In this document: positions 49,427 to 60,060 of the stretch, one piece after another
Numbering within the stretch: position 1 is the first letter of the stretch
Layout of the letters: each line of letters starts with the position of its first letter
Sequence record: SRR31156797_1282
Length of the DNA: 64,000 nucleotides
Reading direction: 5' to 3' (one strand)
Notes under the pieces: model-generated
Database searches by the model: none
The model's input: only the letters and a program-made list of their open reading frames with translations
Told to the model about the DNA's origin: nothing
Position numbers and translations under genes: made by a program

Positions 49427-49467
49427 AAAAAAGAGGCTTCTTTCTTTAACCAAAAGAAGCCTCTTTT
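49427..49467. terminator. Bidirectional intrinsic terminator
   Basis: AAAAGAGGCTTCTTT...AAAGAAGCCTCTTTT between convergent genes. Confidence 0.85.
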
Positions 49468-49486
49468 ATATATTAAGCTAATAAAA

Positions 49487-50197
49487 TTATAGCGAAAAGT
49501 TTAATCCAACATTAAATACAAACATTGAAATACTATGGTCACCTTGAGCATCAGACCAATCCATATTATCACCATCAACTGTCACTGTTGATTCCTCAAT
49601 TTCAACCTCTCCTAACCCATAGTAGCGGACTCCTACAATAAATTTATCACCAAAAATAACACCACCTCCAATAATAAATGCAAATGAATTTGAAGTTTCA
49701 AATTCCATTTTTATTAGATTAACCTGCTCTCCAAAATAATAAACATTTGAAATGGTCCAATCACCTATCCTATTAATGTTTAACCCAACTTGAGCTGAAC
49801 CAAATATATCAACAGACTCAACTTTTTTACGATACTGCAATCCGGTTACAATTGGAATATTCCAGTGGTTCTTGGCATCAATATGATCTTCCATGTCAAT
49901 ATCATCAAATACCTCTACAGCAATCCCACCAACATCAAGTGGGTTTGTAAAAACCGAAACACCAGTTGCCCAATAAAGACCTTCTGAAATAACAGGTTTG
50001 GCGAATTCAATACTACCACCATATCCAAGTTTTGCAAAACCAGCATCAGGACCTACATCGTCTGCAAAGTCTCCGGTTGGTAAAGAAAGTCCTCCATAAA
50101 TACTTAGTGATGAATTAGCGTCATCTTGCGAATAAACATCAGCAACGAAACTTACCGTAAAGGTAAAACATAGTAAAATTGTAAAGATTTTTTTCAT
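49487..50197 (-). CDS. Small outer-membrane beta-barrel protein
   Basis: Signal peptide, GGLSLPTGDF, alternating strands, GVRYYGLG, C-terminal FNVGLNFSL. Confidence 0.75.
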   Translation of the reverse strand: MKKIFTILLCFTFTVSFVADVYSQDDANSSLSIYGGLSLPTGDFADDVGPDAGFAKLGYGGSIEFAKPVISEGLYWATGVSVFTNPLDVGGIAVEVFDDIDMEDHIDAKNHWNIPIVTGLQYRKKVESVDIFGSAQVGLNINRIGDWTISNVYYFGEQVNLIKMEFETSNSFAFIIGGGVIFGDKFIVGVRYYGLGEVEIEESTVTVDGDNMDWSDAQGDHSISMFVFNVGLNFSL

Positions 50198-50383
50198 GAT
50201 TTAGCTTTTACGTTATACAGTATGATTATTGTTAGGCAATTTACAATAATATTCCACCAAAAACCAAATTATTTTCACAATACACTGTCAACAAAGCAAT
50301 AGCAATAATTATGAAGATATTTATATTATTATAAAATTAAATAAGCATTTAATATGCTTTGATAATTAAAGATTTCTATGAAA

Positions 50384-50759
50384 TTATTTTACATGACTCT
50401 GAATCAAAGCATTTAATTCTTCATTATCAAAAGGTTTGCGGATATAACTTGCAACCATACCCATCTCTATAGCCAAACCCACATCCTCTCGCATTTCATA
50501 ACCAGATAGTATAATACATGGTAAATGCGAGTTGTCTTTTTTTAAGGGTTTGAATAAACTCCAATCCGTTCATTTCAGGCATTTTCATATCGCTTATCAC
50601 AAGCTTAATGTCTTGTTCTTGTTTTAGTTTTAGCAGACCTTCCATACCTGAAGTTGCAATAATCACATTATAATCATCTTCATACATTACTTCAAACAGC
50701 TAAGTATTGATAGCTTCATCATCCACATATATTATTTTGGGTAGGTTTTCGATTGTCAT
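50384..50759 (-). pseudogene. Single-domain CheY-like response regulator with a premature stop and a frameshift
   Basis: MTIENLPKIIYVDDEAINT*LFEVMY...VISDMKMPEMNGLEF; TAG at 50700-50702; one extra base in the T7 run at 50537-50543, after which ...PCIILSGY...YIRKPFDNEELNALIQSHVK* resumes. Confidence 0.85.
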
Positions 50760-50802
50760 TATTAAACTATTTCATATTTCTGAAAATGATAATTAATAGA
50801 TA

Positions 50803-51876
50803 CTATTTATATGTTAACGCTTCCTCTTCTCCATTATACACCCTGAAAAATCCTTCAGCTAAAGCTTCCATTTCGCTCTCGCCAGGAAAAACAAAAAATT
50901 CAGTCAAGTTTCCAATATATGATTTCAAATCAGCTATGAAACGCTCACTATAAGCAATCCCACCTGTTATACCAATAGCCTTTGCACTGGACTTAGAAGC
51001 TGCAAAGCATGCTCCTATTTCTTTAGCCACCTGATACACGAATGCATCATAAATTAACTTTGCTTTTTCGTCTCCATCGTCAATCATTTTTAATACATCA
51101 CGCAAATCTTCGGTACCCAAATAAGCTTTAAATCCACTGTTTTGAGAAAATATTTTTTTAACCTCAGCCTCCGATTTACTATAGCACATTTTCATAATAC
51201 CACGAATAGGTAAAGCCCCTGCACGATTAGGTGAAAAAGGCCCCATTCCAAGCAAACCATCATTCACGTCCACCAATGAACCGCTTTGAACTAAACCAAT
51301 CGAAATTCCACCACCTAAATGTGCAATTACTGCAGTAGCCTCATAAAATGGTAAGTCAAGCTTTCGGGCAATTTTCCGAGCTGTCATTTTAATATTTAAA
51401 GTATGTGCCCGGCCATCTCGTTCAATTCCCGGCACACCTGAAATTTTAGCCACATCACTAATACGACTTGTGGAAACAGGATCAACTGTATAGGATTCTT
51501 TAAGTTGAAAAACTTCTTTTAGTTCACTAACAATCAAACTTCCCAAATTAGAAGCATGTTCTCCATATTCACCTGATCGGGCATCATTCAAAAAATCATC
51601 GTTAATAAGAAAAGTTCCTCCTTCAATAGGCTTCACGATCCCACCTCTTCCTACTAAGCCAATAACTTGAACCTCATTTTTGTCGATATATGTATCAACA
51701 ATAGGAAGAATCTGGGCTAACCTGTAGTCTAATTGATCAGCAATGCGTTCAAACTGTTGCAACTCACTTTGAGGATGGCAAATATTTTCACTAAACAACT
51801 CACCATCAATTGAGTAAAAAGCTAATTTGGTAGAAGTTGATCCGGGGTTTACTACAATAACTGCTTGCTTGTTCAT
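50803..51876 (-). CDS. buk: Butyrate kinase
   Basis: VNPGSTSTK, GRGG, HASNLG, HTLN, AHLGGGIS, GPFSP.RAG, TGGIAY, PGESEM. Confidence 0.92.
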   Translation of the reverse strand: MNKQAVIVVNPGSTSTKLAFYSIDGELFSENICHPQSELQQFERIADQLDYRLAQILPIVDTYIDKNEVQVIGLVGRGGIVKPIEGGTFLINDDFLNDARSGEYGEHASNLGSLIVSELKEVFQLKESYTVDPVSTSRISDVAKISGVPGIERDGRAHTLNIKMTARKIARKLDLPFYEATAVIAHLGGGISIGLVQSGSLVDVNDGLLGMGPFSPNRAGALPIRGIMKMCYSKSEAEVKKIFSQNSGFKAYLGTEDLRDVLKMIDDGDEKAKLIYDAFVYQVAKEIGACFAASKSSAKAIGITGGIAYSERFIADLKSYIGNLTEFFVFPGESEMEALAEGFFRVYNGEEEALTYK

Positions 51877-52107
51877 ATATAGAAGTTTTTACTTGTAATT
51901 TACGTTAATGAAGTCAATCTTACAACATTATTCTTCTAGAAAAGTTGATTAACAAAGATAGAAGTTACAGACAAACATACACATATCAATATAATTTTAT
52001 TTTTAAATAATTTTCTGTAAATTGTTGAAAGTTTTTATAACCAATTTGGATTTAATCTGTTCTATCTAAAATAATGCTTTATCTATTTCTAACTAAATCA
52101 TATCATT

Positions 52108-53247
52108 ATGAATTTTGAATACACCGAAGAACAAATCATGGCGCAACAATCAGCCCGCGATTTAGCTCAAAAAGAATTTATCCAGGACGTAATTGAACGA
52201 GACACCAATGCAACATTTCCAAAAGACCATGTTCAAAAATTAGCCGAATTAGGTTTTATGGGTATGCAAGTTGACCCTGCATATGACGGAACCGGAATGG
52301 ATACTATTTCTTATGTGTTGGCCATTGAAGAAATCAGTAAAGTAGACTCCTCACTCGGTGTAATTATGTCAGTAAACAACTCCTTGGTTTGCTGGCCAAT
52401 TCAAACTTATGGAACAGAAGAACAAAAGGAAAAATACCTTAAACCATTAGCTCGTGGCGATAAACTGGGAGCGTTCTTACTTTCAGAACCTGAGGCCGGT
52501 TCAGATGCAACAAAACAAAGAACCACAGCTGTTGATAAAGGAGATCATTACATCATAAATGGAACCAAAAATTGGATTACAAACGGTGGTACTGCTGACA
52601 CTTACGTGGTAATTGCCCACACTCATCCGGAACAAGGACACCGAGGTATCAATGCTTTTGTAATGGATAGCAAACTAGATGGAATTAGCGTTGGAGTGCA
52701 TGAAGATAAAATGGGAATGCGAAGCTCAGACACCCATTCGGTAATGTTCACAGATGTAAAAGTGCCTAAAGAAAACCGTTTAGGTGACGATGGTATGGGA
52801 TTTAAAATTGCCATGAAAACATTAGAAGGTGGCCGATTAGGAATTGCTGCTCAAGCACTTGGACTTGCATCTGGAGCTTATGAATTGGCATTGAAATATG
52901 CACAAGAAAGAAAAGCTTTTGGTACTGAAATCATTAATCACCAGGATGTGGCATTTAAACTAGCTGACATGGCCACTGAAATAGAGCAAATGCGTTTATT
53001 AGCTTTACATGCCGCATGGTTAAAAGATCAGGGCAAATCATATGGTACTGCCAGTGCTATGGCTAAACTAGCCTGTGCTGAAAAAGCCATGAAAATTACC
53101 ACTGATGCTGTTCAAATTCATGGTGGTTACGGATACGTGAAAGAATACCATGTGGAGAGACTTATGCGCGATGCCAAGTTAACTCAGATATATGAAGGGA
53201 CTTCAGAAATTCAAAAAATAGTTATTTCAAGAGCTATCAGAGGATAA
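52108..53247 (+). CDS. Acyl-CoA dehydrogenase (short/branched-chain, Bcd-like)
   Basis: [49 protein letters not shown]. Confidence 0.95.
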   Translation: MNFEYTEEQIMAQQSARDLAQKEFIQDVIERDTNATFPKDHVQKLAELGFMGMQVDPAYDGTGMDTISYVLAIEEISKVDSSLGVIMSVNNSLVCWPIQTYGTEEQKEKYLKPLARGDKLGAFLLSEPEAGSDATKQRTTAVDKGDHYIINGTKNWITNGGTADTYVVIAHTHPEQGHRGINAFVMDSKLDGISVGVHEDKMGMRSSDTHSVMFTDVKVPKENRLGDDGMGFKIAMKTLEGGRLGIAAQALGLASGAYELALKYAQERKAFGTEIINHQDVAFKLADMATEIEQMRLLALHAAWLKDQGKSYGTASAMAKLACAEKAMKITTDAVQIHGGYGYVKEYHVERLMRDAKLTQIYEGTSEIQKIVISRAIRG

Positions 53248-53278
53248 TAAAGCATTTCACTTATCAAAAATCGGAAAA

Positions 53279-56200
53279 ATGATTCCTAAAGACATATACA
53301 AAGCCAAAAACAAAATCAGAGTATTAACAGCCACTTCTCTTTTCGACGGACATGATGCCACAATCAATATAATACGCAGAATACTGCAATCCAGTGGATG
53401 TGAAGTCATTCACCTTGGCCATAATAAATCTGTAGATGAAATTGTAAACTATGCTATACAAGAAGATGTGCAGGCTATTGCAGTTACATCCTACCAGGGT
53501 GGTCACATGGAATTTTATCAATACATGTATGACTTACTAAAGGAAAGGGGATGTGAACACATCCGCATATTTGGAGGAGGTGGTGGTGTAATACTTCCTG
53601 AAGAACAAAAGGCTTTGCATGATTATGGAATTGCCGGAATATATTCACCAGATGATGGCAGAGCCATGGGCTTACAAGGAATGATTAATGATATGATTGA
53701 AAAATCGGACTTTGCTACTGGTGAAAAAGAAATAGACTTAAAAAGTATTAAAGCAAGAAAATCAAATGAGATTGCAGCATTAATTTCCAAAGTAGAAAAC
53801 TTTCCAGAGAAAGCTGAAGCTCTATTGAATGAAATTAAATCATCTATTTCTAATAATAAAACTCCTGTAGTTGGAATTACAGGAACTGGAGGTGCAGGAA
53901 AATCATCATTAGTAGATGAGATCATATTACGCTTCACACAAGTTTTTCCAACTTTAAATATTGGGATTGTATCTGTCGACCCCAGTAAACGAAAAGGTGG
54001 TGGAGCTTTACTTGGTGATCGGATTCGAATGAATGCTATCAACCATCCAAACATTTTCATGCGTTCATTAGCCACAAGGGCACAAAATATATCAATGTCG
54101 GCACATGTAAAAGATGCTGTAGATATATATAAGTATGCCGGGTTTGATATCATTTTATTAGAATCATCTGGCATTGGCCAATCCGGAACAGAAATCATCG
54201 ACGAAAGTGATGTGTATTTCTATGTAATGACACCAGAATTTGGTGCAGCATCACAATTAGAAAAAATCGGGATGCTGGACTTTGCTGATATAGTAGCATT
54301 AAACAAATTTGACAAACAAGGTGCTCTGGATGCCTTGCGGGATGTGAAGAAACAATATCAGCGCAATCACATGCTTTTTGAAACGCCGGCAGAAGAAATG
54401 CCTGTATATGGAACAATCGCTTCTAAATACAATAATGAAGGAGTCAACACGCTGTTTTACAAACTGATTGAGATCATTGCCAATAAAACAGGTTACAAAT
54501 TCCCAGAAAAAGATAATGATCTGAAAATTAGTCATAACGATCAAGAAATAATTCCACCGGCTCGCGTACGTTATCTTTCAGAGATATCTGAAACTGTGCG
54601 TGAGTATAATCGGGAAGTAATTCACAAAGCTGAAATAGCTAATAAGTTGCAGGCATTATCAGTTGCTATTGAATCCATTGAAGATACTACTGTCAATAAA
54701 TTAAAAGAAGCCATTGACAATCTTACAAAAGAATTGGGCACTGAAAACCTTGAAATTTTAGACACCTGGGAAGAGAAAAAGAAACGATACAAAGACAAAG
54801 AATACACCTATTTAGTGCGAGGTAAAGAAATCAAGGTACAAACACATGTGGAAACGCTTTCTCATTCGCTGGTTCCTAAAGTAGCTTTGCCTCAATACAC
54901 CGGATGGGGAGATATCCTCAAATGGAACTTAAAAGAAAATGTCCCCGGTGAATTTCCTTACGCGGCCGGTGTTTTCCCATTTAAAAGAGAAAATGAAGAC
55001 CCAACCCGCATGTTTGCCGGAGAAGGTGGTCCGGAGCGTACTAATAAAAGATTCCATTACCTCTCGCGAGGACAAAAAGCTAAAAGATTATCAACCGCTT
55101 ACGATTCTGTAACACTTTATGGTTCCAATCCGGATATCAGACCGGATATTTACGGTAAAATTGGAAATTCAGGAGTATCCATTGCCAGCCTGGACGACGC
55201 CAAGAAACTTTATTCGGGTTTCGACCTACTTGACCCAACTACTTCTGTATCAATGACCATAAATGGTCCAGCCCCCTTAATGGTAGGCTATTTTTTCAAT
55301 ACAGCAATTGATCAGGCTTGTGAAAAATATATCATTGAACAAGGTTTGCAAGTTGAAGTCAAAGCTAAAATCAAAAAGCTTTATAGCGAAAAAGGACTTG
55401 AACCACCAACTTACGAAGGTGATTTGCCTGAAACAAACAATGGCTTAGGCCTCATGCTACTAGGAATTACCGGTGATCAGGTTTTGTCAGTAGATATCTA
55501 TAATAAAATCAAAGAAGAAACCATTCAAAAGGTACGTGGAACTATACAGGCGGATATTCTAAAAGAAGATCAGGCACAAAATACATGTATTTTCTCCACT
55601 GATTTTGCCCTTACAATGATGGGCGATATTCAACAATATTTCATTGATCATAAAGTCCGAAACTTTTATTCAGTATCCATTTCCGGGTATCACATTGCAG
55701 AAGCAGGAGCCAACCCCATAACACAATTAGCATTTACCCTGGCCAATGGATTTACTTTTGTAGAATACTATTTATCAAGAGGCATGCACATCGATGAGTT
55801 TGCACCAAGCTTATCGTTTTTCTTCTCAAATGGTTTAGATCCGGAATATTCAGTAATTGGCCGAGTGGCAAGACTGATATGGGCAAAAGCAATGAAATAT
55901 AAGTACAAAGGGAATCATTTATCGCAAAAATTAAAATACCACATCCAGACCAGCGGTCGTTCATTGCACTCCCAAGAAATTGAGTTTAACGATATTAGAA
56001 CCACTTTACAAGCATTATCAGGTATTTACGATAATTGCAATTCTTTGCATACGAATGCATACGATGAAGCTATCACGACCCCAACGGAAGAATCTGTACG
56101 AAGGGCTATGGCCATTCAAATGATAATCAACCATGAATATGGTTTGACAAAAAATCAAAATGCTTTACAGGGTTCATTCATTATTGAAGAATTAACTGAC

Positions 56201-56635
56201 CTCGTTGAAGAAGCGGTTCTATCTGAATTCGATCGCATTACGGAACGAGGTGGTGTTTTGGGTGCTATGGAGTCAATGTACCAACGCGGTAAAATACAGG
56301 AAGAGTCGTTGTACTATGAATCATTAAAACACAGCGGTCAACTACCAATTATGGGTGTAAATACATTCCTGAACTCAAAAGGCTCACCCACAGTAGTTCC
56401 CAATGAAGTTATTCGCGCTACAAAAGAAGAAAAGGAAAATCAAATTGAAAGTATCAAAAACTTTCATAAATTGAACCATGAAAAATCAGCTGAAATGTTA
56501 CACAATTTAAAACAAGCTGTGTTAGAAAATAAGAACACTTTTGAATACCTCATGGAAGCCACAAAATATTGCACAATTGGGCAGATTACAAATGCGCTTT
56601 ACGAGGTTGGTGGACAGTACAGACGGAATATGTGA
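53279..56635 (+). CDS. icmF: Fused isobutyryl-CoA mutase / MeaB-like GTPase
   Basis: N-terminal B12 domain (FDGHDA), [24 protein letters not shown]; mutase part [37 protein letters not shown]. Confidence 0.93.
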   Translation: MIPKDIYKAKNKIRVLTATSLFDGHDATINIIRRILQSSGCEVIHLGHNKSVDEIVNYAIQEDVQAIAVTSYQGGHMEFYQYMYDLLKERGCEHIRIFGGGGGVILPEEQKALHDYGIAGIYSPDDGRAMGLQGMINDMIEKSDFATGEKEIDLKSIKARKSNEIAALISKVENFPEKAEALLNEIKSSISNNKTPVVGITGTGGAGKSSLVDEIILRFTQVFPTLNIGIVSVDPSKRKGGGALLGDRIRMNAINHPNIFMRSLATRAQNISMSAHVKDAVDIYKYAGFDIILLESSGIGQSGTEIIDESDVYFYVMTPEFGAASQLEKIGMLDFADIVALNKFDKQGALDALRDVKKQYQRNHMLFETPAEEMPVYGTIASKYNNEGVNTLFYKLIEIIANKTGYKFPEKDNDLKISHNDQEIIPPARVRYLSEISETVREYNREVIHKAEIANKLQALSVAIESIEDTTVNKLKEAIDNLTKELGTENLEILDTWEEKKKRYKDKEYTYLVRGKEIKVQTHVETLSHSLVPKVALPQYTGWGDILKWNLKENVPGEFPYAAGVFPFKRENEDPTRMFAGEGGPERTNKRFHYLSRGQKAKRLSTAYDSVTLYGSNPDIRPDIYGKIGNSGVSIASLDDAKKLYSGFDLLDPTTSVSMTINGPAPLMVGYFFNTAIDQACEKYIIEQGLQVEVKAKIKKLYSEKGLEPPTYEGDLPETNNGLGLMLLGITGDQVLSVDIYNKIKEETIQKVRGTIQADILKEDQAQNTCIFSTDFALTMMGDIQQYFIDHKVRNFYSVSISGYHIAEAGANPITQLAFTLANGFTFVEYYLSRGMHIDEFAPSLSFFFSNGLDPEYSVIGRVARLIWAKAMKYKYKGNHLSQKLKYHIQTSGRSLHSQEIEFNDIRTTLQALSGIYDNCNSLHTNAYDEAITTPTEESVRRAMAIQMIINHEYGLTKNQNALQGSFIIEELTDLVEEAVLSEFDRITERGGVLGAMESMYQRGKIQEESLYYESLKHSGQLPIMGVNTFLNSKGSPTVVPNEVIRATKEEKENQIESIKNFHKLNHEKSAEMLHNLKQAVLENKNTFEYLMEATKYCTIGQITNALYEVGGQYRRNM

Positions 56636-56811
56636 TAACAGTTTTGAGTAGAGAGTTTTGGGTAAAGAGAATAGAGCAAAAAACCTTAAGCATATAGAAG
56701 AGTGGCAAAGCTCTAGAGCTGTTAGCAAAAGTCAAAAATAAACATTAACAAAAAAACTAAATAAACTTAATTAACTTAGTAACTTAATTAACCTAATAAC
56801 AAAAAATTACT

Positions 56812-57906
56812 ATGAATTACAAATCTGATTATGCAGCCGAAAACCTCATATTAGTGATCAATCCTCGACACCCGTTTACAAAAATTGGTGTATTCAATAA
56901 TAAAAACCTGGTTTTTCTGAAAAGCATTAAACATGATGAATCAGAATTGGCCAAATTCGCCAAATATGAAGACCAAACTGAATATCGTGGTGAAGCAATC
57001 ATAAATGAACTTAAAGATAACGATATTGATGTTCAGCACATTAAATTAATCATTAGTCGTGGAGGATTAACAGAACCTGTTAAATCAGGTGTTTATGCAG
57101 TAAATGAGAAAATGATTACTGATTTACACAACTCAGTTCAGGGTACAGATATCGTTAATATTGGTGGACTGGTTTCGGATTATATTGCCAAAACTTTACC
57201 TGAAGCTAAAGCCATAGTAGCTGATCCGGTTGTTGTAGATGAATATGAAGATATAGCAAGAATAACAGGTCTGCCCGAAATTAAAAGGAGATCAATATTC
57301 CACGCACTCAACCAAAAACAAGCTATACGTAAATATGCCAAAAGCATACATAAGGACTGTAAAGAGTTAAGTCTAATTGTTGCTCATCTTGGGACCGGAA
57401 TTACCATTGGTGCACATAAAAATGGCCGTGTAATTGATGCCAATATGGGGTATGATGGGGATGGACCATTTTCACCAATCCGTGCAGGTAGCATTCCTAC
57501 AGGAGATTTAATTCGATTATGCTTCAGCGGAAAATATACTGAAGAGCAATTATTGAAAAAAGTAAGTGCTGAAGGTGGTTTGTATGCTCATTTTGGAACA
57601 CCTAATGCTATTGATATAGATAAAAAAGTTGCAGCTGGTGACAAACAAGCGGAGTTAGTTTTTGACGCAATGGCCTACCAGGTTGCCAAAACTATTGGTT
57701 CTATGTATGCTGTGCTTTCAGGCCAGGTTGATGCCATTATAATTACAGGTGCCATGGCGCATAGTCAATGGTTAATCAGTAAAATTACACCACGCATTGA
57801 AAATATGGGGAAAATTGTTGTTTATGCAGGAGCCAACGACATTGAAACCCTTGCCGAAAGAGCTTTTGAGGTTATGAATGGAGAAATGCCGGTGAAGGTT
57901 TATTAA
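56812..57906 (+). CDS. Butyrate kinase family protein with divergent motifs
   Basis: SRGG, DPVVVDE, RRSIFHALN, AHLGTGI, DGPFSP.RAG, AMAYQVAK; N-terminal motif reads INPRHPFTK. Confidence 0.85.
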   Translation: MNYKSDYAAENLILVINPRHPFTKIGVFNNKNLVFLKSIKHDESELAKFAKYEDQTEYRGEAIINELKDNDIDVQHIKLIISRGGLTEPVKSGVYAVNEKMITDLHNSVQGTDIVNIGGLVSDYIAKTLPEAKAIVADPVVVDEYEDIARITGLPEIKRRSIFHALNQKQAIRKYAKSIHKDCKELSLIVAHLGTGITIGAHKNGRVIDANMGYDGDGPFSPIRAGSIPTGDLIRLCFSGKYTEEQLLKKVSAEGGLYAHFGTPNAIDIDKKVAAGDKQAELVFDAMAYQVAKTIGSMYAVLSGQVDAIIITGAMAHSQWLISKITPRIENMGKIVVYAGANDIETLAERAFEVMNGEMPVKVY

Positions 57907-57942
57907 AAACGAAATTTAGAGGCTATTTTATATCAATAGAAA

Positions 57943-57970
57943 TAAAGAGATGAATTTTGTCATCTCTTTA
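57943..57970. terminator. Hairpin between convergent genes
   Basis: TAAAGAGATGA...TCATCTCTTTA. Confidence 0.75.
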
Positions 57971-57980
57971 ATTTTTTGTA

Positions 57981-59333
57981 TTAAGTATCTAAAATTCTTC
58001 TCTTTCTTAAAGTTATTAGCAAAAAAGTAACCGACACAACCGCAGCAATCAGATCTGCCAGCGGTAAAGCAATCCAAACACCATCTAATCCTAAATTATA
58101 AATATAGGGCAGTATTAAAACCAAAGGTACTACCAATAATACCCAACGTTGAATTGATAGGATGAAAGCAGCTCGCGGAAAACCCATTGCCTGATGAGCA
58201 CCAGTTGTAGCCTGTGTTATTCCCATTAACCACATCATGGCAATGACAATTCGCAGTGCGCGATGTCCGTCAGCTATTAGTTGCTGATCAGTAGTAAACA
58301 AACTAAAGATTGGTTTGGCAAAAATCTGAAATACCACAACAGCAATTAATCCATATATCATTCCATACACAAAACCTAGCTTTATGGTTCGTTTGATCCT
58401 TTCAGGATTCTCTGCGCCATAATTATACCCAACAATGGGTTGCATACCTTGATTCAAACCATAAAGGGGCATTCCAAAAAACAATGTAATTTTATAAATT
58501 ACTCCAAAAATTGCAATGGCCATATCTCCACCAATAGCTCCCAAAGTATGATTGAGTACTATATTGGCTAAACTGCTTGAGGAGCGCATACCAAAACCTG
58601 ACACACCAACAGAAAGGGATGGCTTAACTACTCTCTTTTGCAGCTTCAATTGACTCAATCGAAACTTTATCACATGATTAGGCTGAGTAAAATATCGTAT
58701 CAGATATAAAAAGGTAGTAAATTTACCAATTATAGTAGCTAAAGCAGCTCCTTTCATACCCATTTGCAATGGAAAAATAAAAATATAGTCCAATATTACA
58801 TTCACTAAAATACCAATAAGCATCGCATTCATGGCATCTCTAGCATTACCCTCAGCACGTAAGTAATTGCTACTACTCACACAAAATGGAAACCATAGCA
58901 TCCCAATAAAAACAATACTACCATAATCTCTGGCAAAAGGCAAAATAGTAAGAGTAGCACCAAATGCCTTCAATATTGGATCAGTAAAAATTAATCCTAT
59001 CACACTAAAAAACACGCCCACAATAATAATCATCATAAAACCATTGCCAGCTGTTTCATTCACAAGGTCAACTTGTTTCCGGCCAAGCTGTCTAGAAATC
59101 AAGGAACTGGTACCAATACCCACCATGTGTGAAAATGAAGATACAATAGCTACTACAGGCAAAACAATGGCTACACCCGCAATTCCCAGGGTACCCACTC
59201 CTCTACCCACAAAAATGGTATCAATTATATTATAAATAGCATTGGCAAACAATGCTAACATTGAAGGTAATGAAAGCTTGAGTAAAAGACTATTTATATT
59301 GGCTGTACCGAGTTCTCTGTGTTTTTTAGACAT
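57981..59333 (-). CDS. MATE family efflux transporter (MepA-like)
   Basis: YNIIDTIFVG, LRAEG, NVILD.IFIF...MG.KGAA.AT, QPIVGYNYGA. Confidence 0.93.
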   Translation of the reverse strand: MSKKHRELGTANINSLLLKLSLPSMLALFANAIYNIIDTIFVGRGVGTLGIAGVAIVLPVVAIVSSFSHMVGIGTSSLISRQLGRKQVDLVNETAGNGFMMIIIVGVFFSVIGLIFTDPILKAFGATLTILPFARDYGSIVFIGMLWFPFCVSSSNYLRAEGNARDAMNAMLIGILVNVILDYIFIFPLQMGMKGAALATIIGKFTTFLYLIRYFTQPNHVIKFRLSQLKLQKRVVKPSLSVGVSGFGMRSSSSLANIVLNHTLGAIGGDMAIAIFGVIYKITLFFGMPLYGLNQGMQPIVGYNYGAENPERIKRTIKLGFVYGMIYGLIAVVVFQIFAKPIFSLFTTDQQLIADGHRALRIVIAMMWLMGITQATTGAHQAMGFPRAAFILSIQRWVLLVVPLVLILPYIYNLGLDGVWIALPLADLIAAVVSVTFLLITLRKRRILDT

Positions 59334-59473
59334 AAGTCTTTCTTTGAGTTTCAGTTTGTGTTTTTTGCCACAGGTAAGAGAAAATCAAAAAATAGTTTCT
59401 TACAATTTAATGAATTATTCTAATTCTGATCACTTTTTCAAATTAACAAAATCAAACAAAAAATCTATTATTT

Positions 59474-59956
59474 TCAACCGTTTGAAATCTCCTGAATATA
59501 CTTATCTGGGACTAAAATAGTCACCACCTCACCTGTGGCAGTAACCTCTCCCTTTGCAATAACCTTAACATCTACTATCGCTTTTTTCCCTTTCACCTCA
59601 CGAACTGTCCCCCTTAACTCCAGCTCACAATCAATCGGAGTTGGTTTGATATAGCGCACATTTAATGTTCCAGTTAAAAAGCGGAAAGATGGTTCCGTAT
59701 CCATTGCGCGTCCCTCTTTTTTATACATTGCAGCTGACGCAGAACCTGTACCATGACAATCAATCAAAGACGCCAACAGTCCACCGTAAACAAATCCCGG
59801 GATGGCTGTTTGGTAAAGTCTGGGTTTGTAACGGGTTACAGTCTCTTCCCCATCCCAATAAGTTTTTATTTGGTAACCATGTTCATTCATTGTACCGCAA
59901 CCATAGCAATGACTCAAGTGCTCTGGGTAATACTCCTGAAATGCTTTTATTTCCAT
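59474..59956 (-). CDS. PaaI/hotdog thioesterase
   Basis: HCYGCG, PGFVYGGLLASLIDCHG, T..L.V.Y.KPTP. Confidence 0.85.
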   Translation of the reverse strand: MEIKAFQEYYPEHLSHCYGCGTMNEHGYQIKTYWDGEETVTRYKPRLYQTAIPGFVYGGLLASLIDCHGTGSASAAMYKKEGRAMDTEPSFRFLTGTLNVRYIKPTPIDCELELRGTVREVKGKKAIVDVKVIAKGEVTATGEVVTILVPDKYIQEISNG

Positions 59957-60010
59957 AGTTTTCGATTTTTTGATTGATTAAACAGATAAAAAAGGTATTC
60001 GTTCAAATAC

Positions 60011-60042
60011 AAAAAAAGCTACCCGTTAAAGAGTAGCTTTTT
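60011..60042 (-). terminator. Intrinsic terminator after pckA
   Basis: AAAAAAAGCTAC...GTAGCTTTTT. Confidence 0.8.
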
Positions 60043-60060
60043 ATGATAATTAATTATTTA

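Noticed and set aside
53324-56728. Antisense ORFs within icmF, and similar short overlapping ORFs across the window
   Set aside because: They are shadow frames of well-supported genes and show no recognisable motifs.
56755-56800. AACTTA(A/G)T short tandem repeats before the second buk
   Set aside because: They are short, AT-rich and degenerate, and cannot be distinguished from low-complexity sequence.
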